A stretch of DNA of 62,984 bases, the filler included, from Octopus bimaculoides (Eukaryota), in NCBI RefSeq assembly GCF_001194135.2. It is 4 parts of 4 records of this genome, joined end to end, with 100 filler letters (N's around TTAATTAATTAA, not from the genome) between each part and the next. Parts side by side here need not be neighbours in the genome. Positions count along the whole stretch, not along the records: positions 1 to 17,790 come from NC_068988.1; positions 17,891 to 33,070 come from NC_068981.1; 2 more parts are not named here. One strand, 5' to 3'. Positions within the stretch are counted from its first letter, which is position 1. Every line of letters begins with the position of its first letter. Below, one piece after another: positions 11,640-25,906 of this stretch. The translations under genes were made by a program, and so were the position numbers. Under the pieces are notes generated by a model, which made no database searches, was not told where the DNA came from, and saw only the letters and a program-made list of their open reading frames with translations.

Positions 11640-13755
11640 GAAAGAAAACGGGTGGAGCCTCCTCATGGGCTGATTAATGATACATCTAGTGATGGTGTCA
11701 TATAAAAAAAACATTGGTTGTTGCACAACTTGATAATCGCTTCCTCATATTAGGGACAAAGAAAAAATAAAATATTGTGAATAACGGTGGTAATGAAACT
11801 GAAGCCAATGGTGGTGACAGTGTTACACCCGATAGGCTCAGAGATTCTGGTGCCGCTCCAGCCTGTCGATAGCCAGAAAGGGACCACCACACACGGCGTA
11901 GCTTGAGCAAGCAAATTGATGCTGTGGTCATAGAGTGTTACTACCTGAATAACCAGGTAGATGAAAATGGTGCCTAAATTAGGGGTTACCGTCAACGTAT
12001 ATATGATCATTGGAGAGAAAAATGATTGTTTCAACTCACGGAACAAAAATTATGTGATCAAGCTAGAGCAATACGGAAAAATTGTTGGGTCACTGAAGTA
12101 AAGCTCGAAGCTATCAAAAGACGGGTCATGGAAATTAGCAGCAGAGATAGCAATGAAAATACAGTTCTTACTAATACGAGTAATCTCATAGCACAGGAAG
12201 CGAGCAGTGGTAGTTTACTTGATGAGAGACATATAGATGATCTAAAAGAAGACAATATAGCTAATAGCGACATGGCAGATGAACAGAAGGCAATCTACGA
12301 CAGAATAAAGGTAAGACTACAGGAGAACAATAGCGACATTGTTTGCAACCTTAAAAAGGTTGATCGATGGAAATTGAAGCAAGAAACGAAAAAATGTCAA
12401 TGAAATTCTTAAATAGATCAGAACAGACAACATCAAAGAAAAAAAGAATTTGATCAAGGCAGCAAGTATTGTTGTCGCAGAAAGTGTGGGTGTTGATGTC
12501 AAGAAAAAGAAACATAATGAGAGTGACAAAAGAAAATATCCATGGTGGAGAAGAAGAATCTAGGCAGGGTTAGACATGCTCTCGGAGGAAATCTCTGTGT
12601 TAGACGAAAAAGAGAAAGGAGAGCTTAAAAGCGAACAAAAATACAGGCTGCTGAAAAGGAAGTATAATATTGAAAGCAAAGGCCTGAAATTAGTAGTGGA
12701 GGGACTGAAACAGCACGTTGCTGCAAAGAAAGATGGTAAGATACGACCAAATAATGAAGGGTTACCACCAGAATAGGTTATTCAGAGTAGATCAGAAGAG
12801 ATTCTAAAAAGAAATAAATTCGAGAGGGTACAAATGAAAAGTTGATACCAGATAACACTGAAAGTGACATCTGGAGCAAAGAAAAGGAATACAAGAAGGA
12901 TGCTGAATGGTTGCAAGAACAGAAACAGGCAGAACTAGTCATTTCAGTTAGTGAAGTGAAAGAAATCAACAAACAAATGAGCCACTGGAAAGCCCCGAGA
13001 CCAGATGGAGTTCAAGGCTACTGTAACACCAAGTAACACCATAGTGGTTGGCATTGGGTAGGACAGTGCTGTGCTTGAAAAACATCGAAGACAATATAGT
13101 AGACAATTACAGAAAAGGATAAGTGCAGAATCTGTGGACAAAACGTCATATTACCAGCCAATGTACGCCACTAGCTCAGAAGTAATTTAAGAGGCGCCAC
13201 AACAATATAGCCAGACTTGTCCATTGAACACTTTGCAACAAGTATGGACTTGACAGGGCAAAAACTTGGTACGATCACAAACCGGAAGTCATCGTCAAAA
13301 ATAGAAATGCAAACATCCTATGAGATTTTATGATTCACTGCGACGATGAGATAGAGAATAGGAAACCAGACATAGTCCTAATTGAGAAAGAAAACAAACT
13401 ATGCTTGATCATATATATAGCATGCCCAGCTGACAACAAGGTATGCGAAAAGGAAGAAAGAATAGTTGAGAGATATGACAGGTTAGTTTAAGAAGTTAAG
13501 TAGTAGTGGTCGATGAAATAGGTAGCAGTAGTACCAATAATTGTCGGAGCCCTGGTAACAGTGAGCAAAATCTTGAGAAGTACGTGGAACAAATAGGGGC
13601 TGCAATAAGGGTGGATCACTTGCAGAAAACAGTACTGCTTGGAACCGCTCGAATACTTGGAAGGTGCCCGAAAAATAAGAGCTGTTACCTTAGTTCACTG
13701 GTAGTGAACAACTGAGACTGTAGTGCATCTCCAGCGTTTGAAGCTGTGCAAAGGC
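11640..13755 (+). mobile_element. R4/Dong-like element with 5' region and RLE but RT deleted
   Basis: N-terminal motif VIECYYL...GYRQRI...LTEQKLCDQARAIRKN, PWWRRRI, KAPRPDGVQGY at about 13020, then an abrupt jump to CRICGQ, KPDIVLIEK, VPIIVGAL, QKTVLLGTARILGR; flanked by (AAT)n on both sides. Confidence 0.85.
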
Positions 13756-13837
<82 letters not shown>

Positions 13838-13844
<7 letters not shown>

Positions 13845-15015
13845 GACCAATTACTAATAAACAGGATTTGGAATTTATTAAATACAGAAGAGACAGAATG
13901 TATGTACGACTTTAAGAAGGTTAACCAATAGAGACTAAATGAAGAGACAAGTAAAGTCAATAATGTTTTGCGACACATTGAAACAAAGAACAGCACACAA
14001 ACAAATAATCTCACAGCTGTAAGTAGGATTGTAGCAGAAAGGATGGGACTGAGAACTATTGAGAACAGAACATCGGCAGATAGAAGAGGCTATAAAGAAC
14101 CTTGGTGGAAAAGAAGAATAACAGGAGATATAAAGTCCCTGAACAGTGTAGTGTCAATACTTGTCAAAGAAAGAAAAAAGAATGGGAAAAAAAATGATAA
14201 CAAATTTGAAAACCCCAAGAAGCATGTAGTAGATACAAAAGGTCTGAATGTTGTAACTGAAGAACTGAAGCTGTGCATACTTGACAAAGCTAATTGGGTT
14301 TAAATAACGGATTAAACAATACCGGTAAAACCAATAGTTTAGAAACGACCAAAAAAGATTTTGCTGATCAAAGTCGACAGTTCTGGGGTGAGATATAGAG
14401 TAAGTAAGAACAACATATTACTGCAGATGAATGGCTCTGCAGCCTGAAGTAAACAGCTTCTTATCCCCAACAAGAGACTATCCACTTCACAGAAGAGAGT
14501 ATCAGAAATATGAGTATAAATATAAGCAAATAAAAAGCAGCAGGATCTGATGGTGAACAGGAATTTTAGATAAAAAAGTTCAATAGGTACCAGAAATTGA
14601 GCGCAGTGCAATTTAACGCATAGATCGAGGGAGTAGAAATCCTGGGCTGGTTGACAAAAGCACGAACGGTGTTGTGTTTGAAGGATGCATCAAAAGAAGA
14701 TGCTGCCGACAATTACAGGTCAAATTCTCGCCTCCTATTAATGTGGAAGTTATTGTCAGGAGGAATTGCAAAAGAACTGTACAAATTTCTTGAAGAAAGC
14801 GAAATCTTACCGACAAAATAAAAAAGTTGTAGTAGGAGATGTAAAGGTACCAAAGACAAATTATTGATAGACAAAATGGTTATTTAAGATTGTAAACGGA
14901 GGAGAACAAATTTGGGAAGGGCCTGGATAGACTATCGCAAGGTTTATGCTATGATTCCACATTCATGGCTCATCGTGTGCTTAGATTTGTTTGGGATTAC
15001 GAGGAATATAACGTA
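13838..15015 (+). mobile_element. R4/Dong-like fragment (pre-RT region to RT domains 2-3), decayed
   Basis: EPWWKRRITGDIKSL; CSRRCKGTKDKLLIDKMV...WIDYRKVYAMIPHSWLIVCLDLFG. Confidence 0.85.
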
Positions 15016-15726
15016 AAGGTAGAATATCTGCAAGAATTCTTCGACCAGTAATCAAGTCTGCTGGCTGTGGACAGCTGACATTTACCGTCATACCCAGTAA
15101 ACTAAGCTGAGAGTTTTCATCAAATAACAGTAATAATTTCTTATATTAATTACTAGGAAAACAGGAGGTAAAGTCAATTTAAGCTACAATATTAGTTTAT
15201 TCCATCTACCATTATATAAAGATATAACATATAAAGATATAACATTATATAAAGATATAACTCTACACCTACAGAACATTCTGTCTATTTTGAAATAAAT
15301 GCACGCTTACTAACAATAATAGTACATTTAATATGTATAGCAACCATATTATGCTATATTTTAGGGTTTATTGAGGTAAATTTTAATAATTTTTCGCGCG
15401 TTATTCTCTATACTTGTTTTAAAATACATCATGATTCAAATACGTATTTTTAAGAAGGTAAGATGTTTTAGAATTACTACTGTTGTCTACCATTCTTTAC
15501 GTTGTCTCTGAAACAATCATAAAACGGAAATTTGTGCCAAGAAAGTATCGACTATTTTATGGACTGTTAATATTTCCCTTCTGACGGAAAACAATTTTAT
15601 TACTTCCAACCTTGATTAAACTACCTCGTTAATTCTAGTCGTATCACTTAAGCAACACACAAACTATTGTAATAAAATAGTTATAACTTGATATATTCTT
15701 AGGATTTTGTACTTCTGTTTCTACAG

Positions 15727-15931
15727 GCAGCTAAGCTATTTCTCCAAATGTCCTGTGTTCATTGTTCGTGTAAATAGAGATTTGTCAAACTGGATATCAG
15801 ATAGTCTAATAACACGAATAATCAGAAAAACGTATATATTAGTGATGGCTGAAATCCAGAAGGATCTAAAGATGTCGATGTCAAGGTTTTGTGAGATGCA
15901 GTTGACAGCTAGTCTTTCACAGAATGCTTGA
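15727..15931 (+). other. Candidate terminal exon, unknown product
   Basis: Acceptor TTTTGTACTTCTGTTTCTACAG then one open frame (QLSYFSKCPVFIVRVNRD...SLSQNA*); no recognised homology. Confidence 0.12.
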
Positions 15932-16509
15932 ATAAACAAGTGAACACTCCTTTATCCAGTAACTATCCATACTACATTCCATGTTCTGTCAAGTTACTGT
16001 TCTGCCTAGTTATAAACAAAGACGGGCCAGAGTGGTTATCTGATATGACAACCTGACGTTTGTTAACACTCAAAAATAATAGTTCGAAATATTCCGCAGA
16101 AAACTTTAATTTAAAAATTTAGATTTTGAATGAAATACCTTACTTAATAAAGGGGTATTATTAATATAATACATAAATATTACAATTCATAATAAAATCA
16201 ACTATAACAGCACCCGAGAACCTAAAAATAATAGAAAGTTTATGACGGCTAGCCTAGCCGGGCTAGGAAGTATTTTATGGTACTATATTCGGCCAGGAAT
16301 GACCGAATACTAAATTACAATGATTATTCAGTATCTACACGTCAAAGAGGAACGGAATACATAGATATGAACAAAATATTATAAGTAAGATCTTAAAATG
16401 ATAAAGGGGGATGACGTGCAGCAAGATCATAATGATAATAACTCACGTAAATGCTTCCATATATATATATACTTATATGTTTGTGTGCGTGTGTCTGTTT
16501 GCGTATGTA

Positions 16510-16551
<42 letters not shown>

Positions 16552-17088
16552 NNNNNNNNNNNNNNNNNNNNNNNNNNNNNNNNNNNNNNNNNNNNNNNNN
16601 NNNNNNNNNNNNNNNNNNNNNNNNNNNNNNNNNNNNNNNNNNNNNNNNNNNNNNNNNNNNNNNNNNNNNNNNNNNNNNNNNNNNNNNNNNNNNNNNNNNN
16701 NNNNNNNNNNNNNNNNNNNNNNNNNNNNNNNNNNNNNNNNNNNNNNNNNNNNNNNNNNNNNNNNNNNNNNNNNNNNNNNNNNNNNNNNNNNNNNNNNNNN
16801 NNNNNNNNNNNNNNNNNNNNNNNNNNNNNNNNNNNNNNNNNNNNNNNNNNNNNNNNNNNNNNNNNNNNNNNNNNNNNNNNNNNNNNNNNNNNNNNNNNNN
16901 NNNNNNNNNNNNNNNNNNNNNNNNNNNNNNNNNNNNNNNNNNNNNNNNNNNNNNNNNNNNNNNNNNNNNNNNNNNNNNNNNNNNNNNNNNNNNNNNNNNN
17001 NNNNNNNNNNNNNNNNNNNNNNNNNNNNNNNNNNNNNNNNNNNNNNNNNNNNNNNNNNNNNNNNNNNNNNNNNNNNNNNNNNNNNNNN

Positions 17089-17126
<38 letters not shown>

Positions 17127-17594
17127 TGTATGTATGTATGTATTTGTATAATAATAACAATAATAAACCTTGGATGGAATTTATACATACTTTAAGGGAT
17201 CGCTATTCGCGTTTCGACAAATAACATGTTTCTTAAGATCATAGTCCGCGTTCAAAGGATGATAACAGTGCTGTCCGTAGTATTCATCGACATCGAGTAG
17301 GTCATTCTCATGCATTCATTTCTTCGGGCGAAATAGCATTAATGGATATTTAATTGAATTTTGTTTACCAATGTTGACAAATGAGAAGGTTGATTGGGGT
17401 ATGTGGGTTTTTCTGTGTGTATTTGGTGGGGTGGGGCGGAAGGTGACAGACAGCTTGGTATAACCACAAAAACCTGGTATCAGCAGTGGGTATCATTAGG
17501 CTGTAGCCGGCGTAATTGAATAGGAGCTTTGATACGCATATTTAAACGTTTCTTGTAAAAGAACTTAAAGGATGTATATGTATACACATACAGA

Positions 17595-17639
<45 letters not shown>

Positions 17640-17707
17640 GTATATACATACATATAAATATGTGCATGTGTGTGTGTGCATACATATCATATATACTTTA
17701 TACCATG

Positions 17708-17790
<83 letters not shown>

Positions 17791-17890
17791 NNNNNNNNNN
17801 NNNNNNNNNNNNNNNNNNNNNNNNNNNNNNNNNNTTAATTAATTAANNNNNNNNNNNNNNNNNNNNNNNNNNNNNNNNNNNNNNNNNNNN
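17791..17890. other. Synthetic scaffold spacer N44-TTAATTAATTAA-N44
   Basis: Direct: exactly 100 bp with a central 12-mer that is a stop in all six frames; identical at 33071 and 45993. Confidence 0.95.
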
Positions 17891-18235
17891 TGAACGCTGT
17901 GAGGCACGAACTTGAAAGTAGGGACGAAGTAGTTCGCGTGTTTGCTCGGCGATAGCCAAGGAAGAAAAGGATTATTGATCGGAAGCATGTGACCATGCCG
18001 GTGTAAGGGGAAGAGAGAGAGTGGTAGAGGGAGAAACAAAGGGAGGAAGTAGAAGAATAAGTGAGCAACGAGCGGAAAAGAGAAAGAGAGGAAGTACGAG
18101 GGGGAAAAAGAGATACGTAGTAGTAACAGAGGAAGAACGAGAGGGGTAAAGCGAGATACGTAGTAGTAAAGAGGAAGAACGAGAGGGGGAAAATGATAGA
18201 GGAAGAGAAAGAGAAAGAGATAGAGTAGCGTCGGA

Positions 18236-18620
18236 AAATATGAAGTTACGAAAACTACTTACAAATTGGAGCCGCTGTGTTCAGTCATGTAAAAACAAAT
18301 AGTAAATGAGTATATGCATACATACGTACAGGTATGTGCATACTGACATCCACCTGTATGTATAGGTGTATATCCGGGTACAGGACATTGCAAACAAAAC
18401 GTAGACGAGAAAACACACGAGCCACATAGAGAACATTCTACTTCATCAGCTACCCCCGTTTTAACACCGGCGTTTCGAAGAGCTGGGCAGGACGCATTGT
18501 TAAAACGGCTCTTCCCATGGACCGCAAATTAAATTTGTATACACAAATTAAATCTTGCCATGGAGGAATGTAGTGGCGGACAAAAAACAAGACAGGAAAA
18601 CAAACAGAAAAGGCTTTACG
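18236..18620. repeat. Interspersed repeat, possibly a Penelope-type terminal repeat
   Basis: Resembles an abundant octopod repeat (from memory); contains a 7-bp inverted pair (GAAGAGC/GCTCTTC) next to GAAAC on the minus strand. Confidence 0.35.
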
Positions 18621-18983
18621 GACAGACGAGAAAAATTATGTGTGTAACAGACGAAGTGGAGTGATTTGTTGGCATGTTTCTGAAAGCTAGTCGAGTCTTC
18701 GAGCTTGAGAACAAAATTACTTGCTGACAAATGTCTGCGATGGTACAATAGGACGACGTGAACGTCTGACTAAATATTTATGAGTATTGGTAATTGAAGC
18801 GAAATGTGACAGAAAATATGCGTGAAGGGTGGAAAGGAGGTTTTAGGCATTATTATAGATTTTATTTTTTTTCGTTTCCCTCATTGTACCTGTATATCGT
18901 TATGGTAATGGTTGTATATGCGCTCATATACAAACATACGCGCGCACGCACTCGCACACGCGCGCATACACATACATACACAC

Positions 18984-19058
<75 letters not shown>

Positions 19059-19852
19059 CACACACACACACACACACACGGTAACACCCTTCCGAACTAC
19101 GCCTTGAGTTCAACCTATTTTATCTAAGAATATATTAATATAGATAGTTCGCACTTATTTTCAAATATATAACAATTCCGCTCTTTTTAGTTTTCTATGA
19201 ATCTATAAATCTCCAACTTTAATGTATACGGCCGTTCAACATTACTCGCTTTCTTTTTTTTTTTTTTTTGGCATATAACATTCGAAACCTTTATGATTAT
19301 GACCTTAGAATTCAACCCACAAAAGATACAGATTCAGCACGTTACCAAATATATGCCAATTTAAACTTCCGTCAGTTTGTAATCCTTTAAAATTACATTT
19401 CTTTCTGTTATTCACACAGCTCGCAGAGATATACATGTATACACATACACACGTGCGCGCGCACGCATTTTTCTCAAAGTAAGATATAAGTAAATTCAAG
19501 TGCATCTTATTAGAGAAATCTTATAAGCCATACTCACCATCTTAAAAGGCTGTATAACACTTGTTAGTTTCCCTGTGTTATATCAGTCGACATACGTCAA
19601 CCGCTTTTATTGAGGTAAATGGACGATTTCAAATGGGATGAACTGACGATTCCAGTTACTACAATGTTTTACTTAGTAATTAAACTATATCGATTTCACT
19701 CTTCATTAAAAATAGAGGTAACAACAACAAATTACAAATATTCAAAACGCACTGTACACAGAGGCGATTGTACCCCCTACACTCATATGTATTTTTGTGT
19801 ATGTGAGTGTATCCGTTTTTTATAGCTATATATAAATATCTTCTCTACTGTA

Positions 19853-19986
19853 GGCACAAGGCCTAGATGTTTGTGGGGAGGAGGCAAGTTGATCACATCG
19901 ACCTAGTATTTGACTGGTATTTAATTTATCGATCTGAAAGGATGAAAAGCAAAGTCGACCTCGGTGGAATTTGAACTCAGAACGCA
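19853..19986 (-). mobile_element. tRNA-derived SINE family A fragment
   Basis: GAAAGGATGAAAAGCAAAGTCGACCTCGGTGGAATTTGAACTCAGAAC matches the reverse complement of the 62074 copy. Confidence 0.88.
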
Positions 19987-21366
19987 CAGCTATATACAAA
20001 TACCATTGTATAAATTCATGTATGTACAACTGTAGAGCTATCAATATGTATAAGGGAATATATGCATAGGTGTGTATATGTATATACTGACTGAAATGGA
20101 ACTGTGTCAGGGACAAAGCCGCAGTTATGAGGCGAACAATGAATGAAAAGTGATGACCGAAGAGGCTCTCCTGGGACGTCATTGCTATAAACTTACAGAT
20201 GTATATAAACACGTAGATATACATATATGTCTATGTGACAATATGTGTACATGTATGTTTTGCTCATGTCAAAGAGTCTATATTTATGATCTGTTCCTGC
20301 ATATTCGTAAGCTAGCTGTTTGACAAATAGTGTACAGCAGTAAGTAACTTACTGGAATAATATTTTAATCAATATGATTGACCGAACCATTCAAAGCTGC
20401 TACCCTGGATGAACAATAGTAAAATAAATGGATAAAGTAATTTCTACAAGAATATCAATAACTCAGTGTTCGTAATTATCTGGTGCGAAGGGATTACTTT
20501 CATACCGATATAATAATTGTACCCAGTTTTGAGTCGAGAGCTCTCGCAGAGAATTTCCTCTTGCTTTATATTTCTCTCTCTGATTCCATGATTCGTGTTG
20601 TGTAATGACCAAATGAATTATTTTATTATTAACTTCAACATCACAGCGTCAAATAACAATAACAAAAGAGCATCGTCTTCATTTAGATTGGTTTATAACG
20701 CATGGTTGTTCAATTTTATCGCTTGTAATCCTTACTCGCCTGTTGCAGAAAGAACAGTTACTCGTTATTATGCGTATAATCTATTCTCCTCCTCAGTACT
20801 GAGAGCAGCAGTATATTACACTTATGTAGCTATGATGCACAGAAAAGCGCTTCATATATAGTCTATTCGCACATTCTTTGATGTTTTTTTTCTTCTTGCA
20901 ATTAATATCAACAAGGCCTCTCTTTAATTGAAATGGAAGTACTGAGAGAGTTTGTCTTCGGTTGGAAAAATTTCACTATCTCACAGCCAGTAGGAACTAT
21001 GGAACGTCCACTAGTGTATGCAAAAGAGGATTAAGGATGCATATAAGTGTGAAATATTAGTGACATTTTTCTTCCTGGGTTCTTGCTACACAGACGGATG
21101 TTCACGTAGAGCTCGTCAGGCACCAAAGCTATCGGCATACATCATGAATGGTGAAAATAATATCGACACATACATTCAGATTCCAAAGAAGACAAATAAG
21201 TAAACTTATGTCAAGGAATTGCATCGCATCGATATATTTGAAATCCTGCTATATTCCTATTAATTAGAATGTGCCCCTGAAGGTATTTTACCCTGGTTAT
21301 GTTGTTGATATTAATTACATTTACTATATTTACTCTATTTACATATATTTATATACATATACATAA

Positions 21367-21456
<90 letters not shown>

Positions 21457-21616
21457 CATATACATCTATATTCAGACATACGCGCACGCACGCATACGCA
21501 CGCAGACACGCACACAGACACGCGCACACACGCGCACGCACGCATACAGGCACAGATAGAGACACACACACACACGTATATGTGTGTGCGTGTGTAAATA
21601 TACATTTCTTTTAAAT

Positions 21617-21675
<59 letters not shown>

Positions 21676-22602
21676 TACTCTCACATTGATCTCAGTTATT
21701 CTTGCTGAGTAAAATATGCTACCCTGCAGGCATATGATATTACTGAAACGTCCTTTGATTTCACCTTTGGATTAAGCACCAGAACCTCTGCGATTACAGT
21801 ATTATATATATTTTATGTATTTTATATATTTTCAAAATTTCAATTAAGTTCCGTTGGAATTTTCTCACTTGCCTGGTGGTATAAGATTATTAAAAGCCGT
21901 AGGGACACAGATTTATAATAGATTACATCAGATACGATGTATGCTTAATTGATAGATGCGGGACATCTAGAACTATTTTACTGCCTGTTTAAACTTATGG
22001 ACAAACACAAAACAGTGAAATATGTTGTGTCACCCATCTATCCATAAGGTCATGCCGCAGTAAAGAAAACTTGTCACGAGAAACATACGTATGTCAAATG
22101 TGGTGACGGTTATTCCTGATTTAACTTTGCTGCTTTGTATGGCTGAGTAGTAAGTGTTGAAGTTAGAATAAAAATACATGACTTCAGATATCGTCTGTAT
22201 AGATATGCTGAACGTGGTGAGTCAGGAATGCCGAAGGGCCATGCCGTGCTCTAGACCAGCCTGTGAGAAAAGAGAAAGACTTTAAGAATTGATGATATGC
22301 CGTTCTGTTAAGTACATCAATATGGCGCTTATGGGAATTTAGTTTTAATCCATAAGAAAAAAATGTCTGGTTAATACATGCATTGTGGTTGCTTTCCCTT
22401 ATTTCCAACAGTGTCCCTGAACATGTTTATGGTCCCTTGCATTTCTCTTCTGCCAAGGCAATGATAATAAATTTAGTTACATTATTTACGTCATCTGCTT
22501 ACATCTTTCCATGTAGAGTTTACCTTTCATCACGCTGGTTGCAATAAAAGAATAACTGGTATCATGCGGTGGTTAATTCTATCGGTTATACGCGTCATTA
22601 TA

Positions 22603-22710
<108 letters not shown>

Positions 22711-24577
22711 GTGTGCGTGTGTGTGCGTGTTATTGTGTTATATAATGTATTGACGGAGAGAGTAGCGCGCTGACTAGATAATTTACAACATTTAGTGTTC
22801 GTCCTCAAATAATTTGCTAGAGATGACATTGTCTTGTCGTTTATCGATGAAATTATTATCATGATAATATCAGATTAATTCGATTTACTGCTACCTGTCT
22901 TTGTGCCAAAGTAATATATCATACTTATGGATTGTGTCATTCATTATTTCCTTAATTTTCCACCCCCTTCCTCTATAAGTTTATTCACTCATAACATGAT
23001 AGATATTTGCTTTGTTTCAGTATCTCGTCTTTCACTACGTTGTTTATTCACATCTCTTCCTTGATCCTGTTTTCGCTTTCTGTAATTATTTTTTTTTTTC
23101 CAGATATTTCCTGTCTTTATTTTTCTCCGTATATCACATTCATTACTTTGAAAATTTTACTTTTCTCTAATAAATAAACTTTCTCCTTTCTTCTGTCTTC
23201 ACTGCTCCATTTCCTTCTACTTTAATGTTCTGTTTTACATTTCCAAACAAATAGTGTGCTAACAGTTACAACGCAATGCAAAACTGAAAAATAATAATCT
23301 AAATCTGCTTTGAATATACAGTAACACAGTGTCTAATATGCACCAGACTTCAAGTCTTCAGTATTTACAAGCTAGTTCTGATTTTAATTAACTCTGATAT
23401 AAGCTTTCCTTTTCATTTGATTCAAAATTATAACGTAAGTACAAATAACTGATATGCTTCAAAATAGATTCATTTTAGTAACCTTGTACTTAAGTAAAAG
23501 TTTCTTAATGTTGTCTTTAATTCTTCTGCGTTACTTTATTTTGCCAAGCAGTGTTTAAGCATAAGCAAAATGTAGATTAGTTAAAACATGTTTGTGGCAT
23601 ATTTCAACGGCAAAAAAAACAATTACGCTGCAGTTACCGTGGAGAAAATATCTCTCTTATGGTAAAAGGTGTGAAATCACCCGGTTTGTTTAGTGTCACC
23701 AAGTTTNNNNNNNNNNNNNNNNNNNNNNNNNNNNNNNNNNNNNNNNNNNNNNNNNNGTGCATGTAAAGGGGTGTAGATTTCAATGAAGTAGTTCTTCGCC
23801 TCGAAGGACAAGAACTAGTGTCAACATGGGATCAAAGAACAGACAGAAATATGGCTTTAGACAGTGCAGTGACATACACTAAACAACTGGTAGATGTGTG
23901 TCTCAAAGAGAAAAGGGATATTGGATTAAGTGTAACTATGATGAGGAACCGAATTCCGCAGATAGTGATGTATATTATCAAGCTTACTTGTTCAATGGAA
24001 ATACCGAGAATAATTAATATGATTCAAACAAACAAAATTTTTTTAAGTAAATTAAATAAAAATTAGAAGCATTTATAGTTGAAATTTCATATATATATAT
24101 ATTTGAAATGTATTTTCGGAAATTTGTACAAAACCCCCTTTTTCTAATATTGACATATACATAGAATTGTTCTGTGCAATTTTTTTTTAAACAATATATT
24201 TTTGTGCAGATATTTGTATTTCTGAATAATTCCCAACGAAATAATATGATTGCTTGCATACAATAAAAACATATTGCTGATTTCTGAGGGAAAGAAAAAT
24301 AAAACCATTTAACAACTGAAAACCATAAAACGTATCAGATTTTGTTAATGAAGCGGATTCGTAAGTTATTGATTTCTAATGAAATGACATTACATATAAT
24401 ATTTCACTCCGATGCCACTAATAGTTTTTCCTTGAATGGAATATTTCACACAGTAGTAGAGTATATATCTATGTATGGATGTGTTAGCGCACTTTTTTGT
24501 ACAGTTGTGGGTGTATGAGGATGCAAAACACACACACACACACATACACACACCTTTTTACATGAAGGTGTGCATGA

Positions 24578-24611
<34 letters not shown>

Positions 24612-25906
24612 TCAGTTACTGTATTGGCATAAATATATATATTGATAAATATATAATGATGTGCAGTCAAAAGCACAAATACACAAGTTCAGTTTAGAAC
24701 CTCTAACACATATTGTAGAAATAAAGTCCAGATTCGAGTTCTCGAAGGAGCAAATAATATAGAGCGAAAACGTACTTCCGCAGACATCGCTCCCACATGC
24801 ATTTCTTTGCACACCGATATACAAATAATTCGCATTCTTATTTCAAGCATAGCGACGCTTTATAATATTTAAATAGGTTTTTAAATTCTCCTCATTTAAG
24901 TGTTCTGCATAAATAGCTACTCTGTAATTAGTGACAGGACATCAAAAGAATAAAGATGCAGTTTACGGTATATATTATAGTTTTAGACTAATGTATTACT
25001 ATTACATAAGGAACTAATCAGTGCTATTGATTTCGCAAGGAGGTAGGTAATTCTTTTTTGAAAGTGAAACATTCCGTTAGGAGACTCCTCTCCTATTTTT
25101 ACGCTTATTAACAATTCAGAAAGAATGTTTTTACATTTTCATTTAAGCGAAGAGGTTAATTTAATAATATTCAAGCACACACGCACATACACATATATTT
25201 ACATTTATATATGTATATATATATATATATATATATNNNNNNNNNNNNNNNNNNNNNNNNNNNNNNNNNNNNNNNNNNNNNNNNNNNNNNNNNNNNNNNN
25301 NNNNNNNNNNNNNNNNNNNNNNNNNNNNNNNNNNNNNNNNNNNNNNNNNNNNNNNNNNNNNNNNNNNNNNNNNNNNNNNNNNNNNNNNNNNNNNNNNNNN
25401 NNNNNNNNNNNNNNNNNNNNNNNNNNNNNNNNNNNNNNNNNNNNNNNNNNNNNNNNNNNNNNNNNNNNNNNNNNNNNNNNNNNNNNNNNNNNNNNNNNNN
25501 NNNNNNNNNNNNNNNNNNNNNNNNNNNNNNNNNNNNNNNNNNNNNNNNNNNNNNNNNNNNNNNNNNNNNNNNNNNNNNNNNNNNNNNNNNNNNNNNNNNN
25601 NNNNNNNNNNNNNNNNNNNNNNNNNNNNNNNNNNNNNNNNNNNNNNNNNNNNNNNNNNNNNNNNNNNNNNNNNNNNNNNNNNNNNNNNNNNNNNNNNNNN
25701 NNNNNNNNNNNNNNNNNNNNNNNNNNNNNNNNNNNNNNNNNNNNNNNNNNNNNNNNNNNNNNNNNNNNNNNNNNNNNNNNNNNNNNNNNNNNNNNNNNNN
25801 NNNNNNNNNNNNNNNNNNNNNNNNNNNNNNNNNNNNNNNNNNNNNNNNNNNNNNNNNNNNNNNNNNNNNNNNNNNNNNNNNNNNNNNNNNNNNNNNNNNN
25901 NNNNNN

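Noticed and set aside
11650-11705. HDV-like ribozyme at the 5' end of the R4-like element (AGCC-TCCTCATG-GGCT resembles P3/L3)
   Set aside because: No convincing P1, P1.1 or P2 partners were found; only a covariance-model search on the family consensus could rescue it.
18443-18521. Hammerhead-like arrangement on the minus strand (GAAGAGC/GCTCTTC stem, GAAACGCC, nearby CTGATGA)
   Set aside because: No CUGANGA in the required position before stem II and the cleavage triplet is not NUH; at best a remnant.
23767-24066. About 100 open codons after a gap (RGVDFNEVVLRLEG...)
   Set aside because: No recognisable motif or clear splice sites; the 3' half is low-complexity AT-rich.
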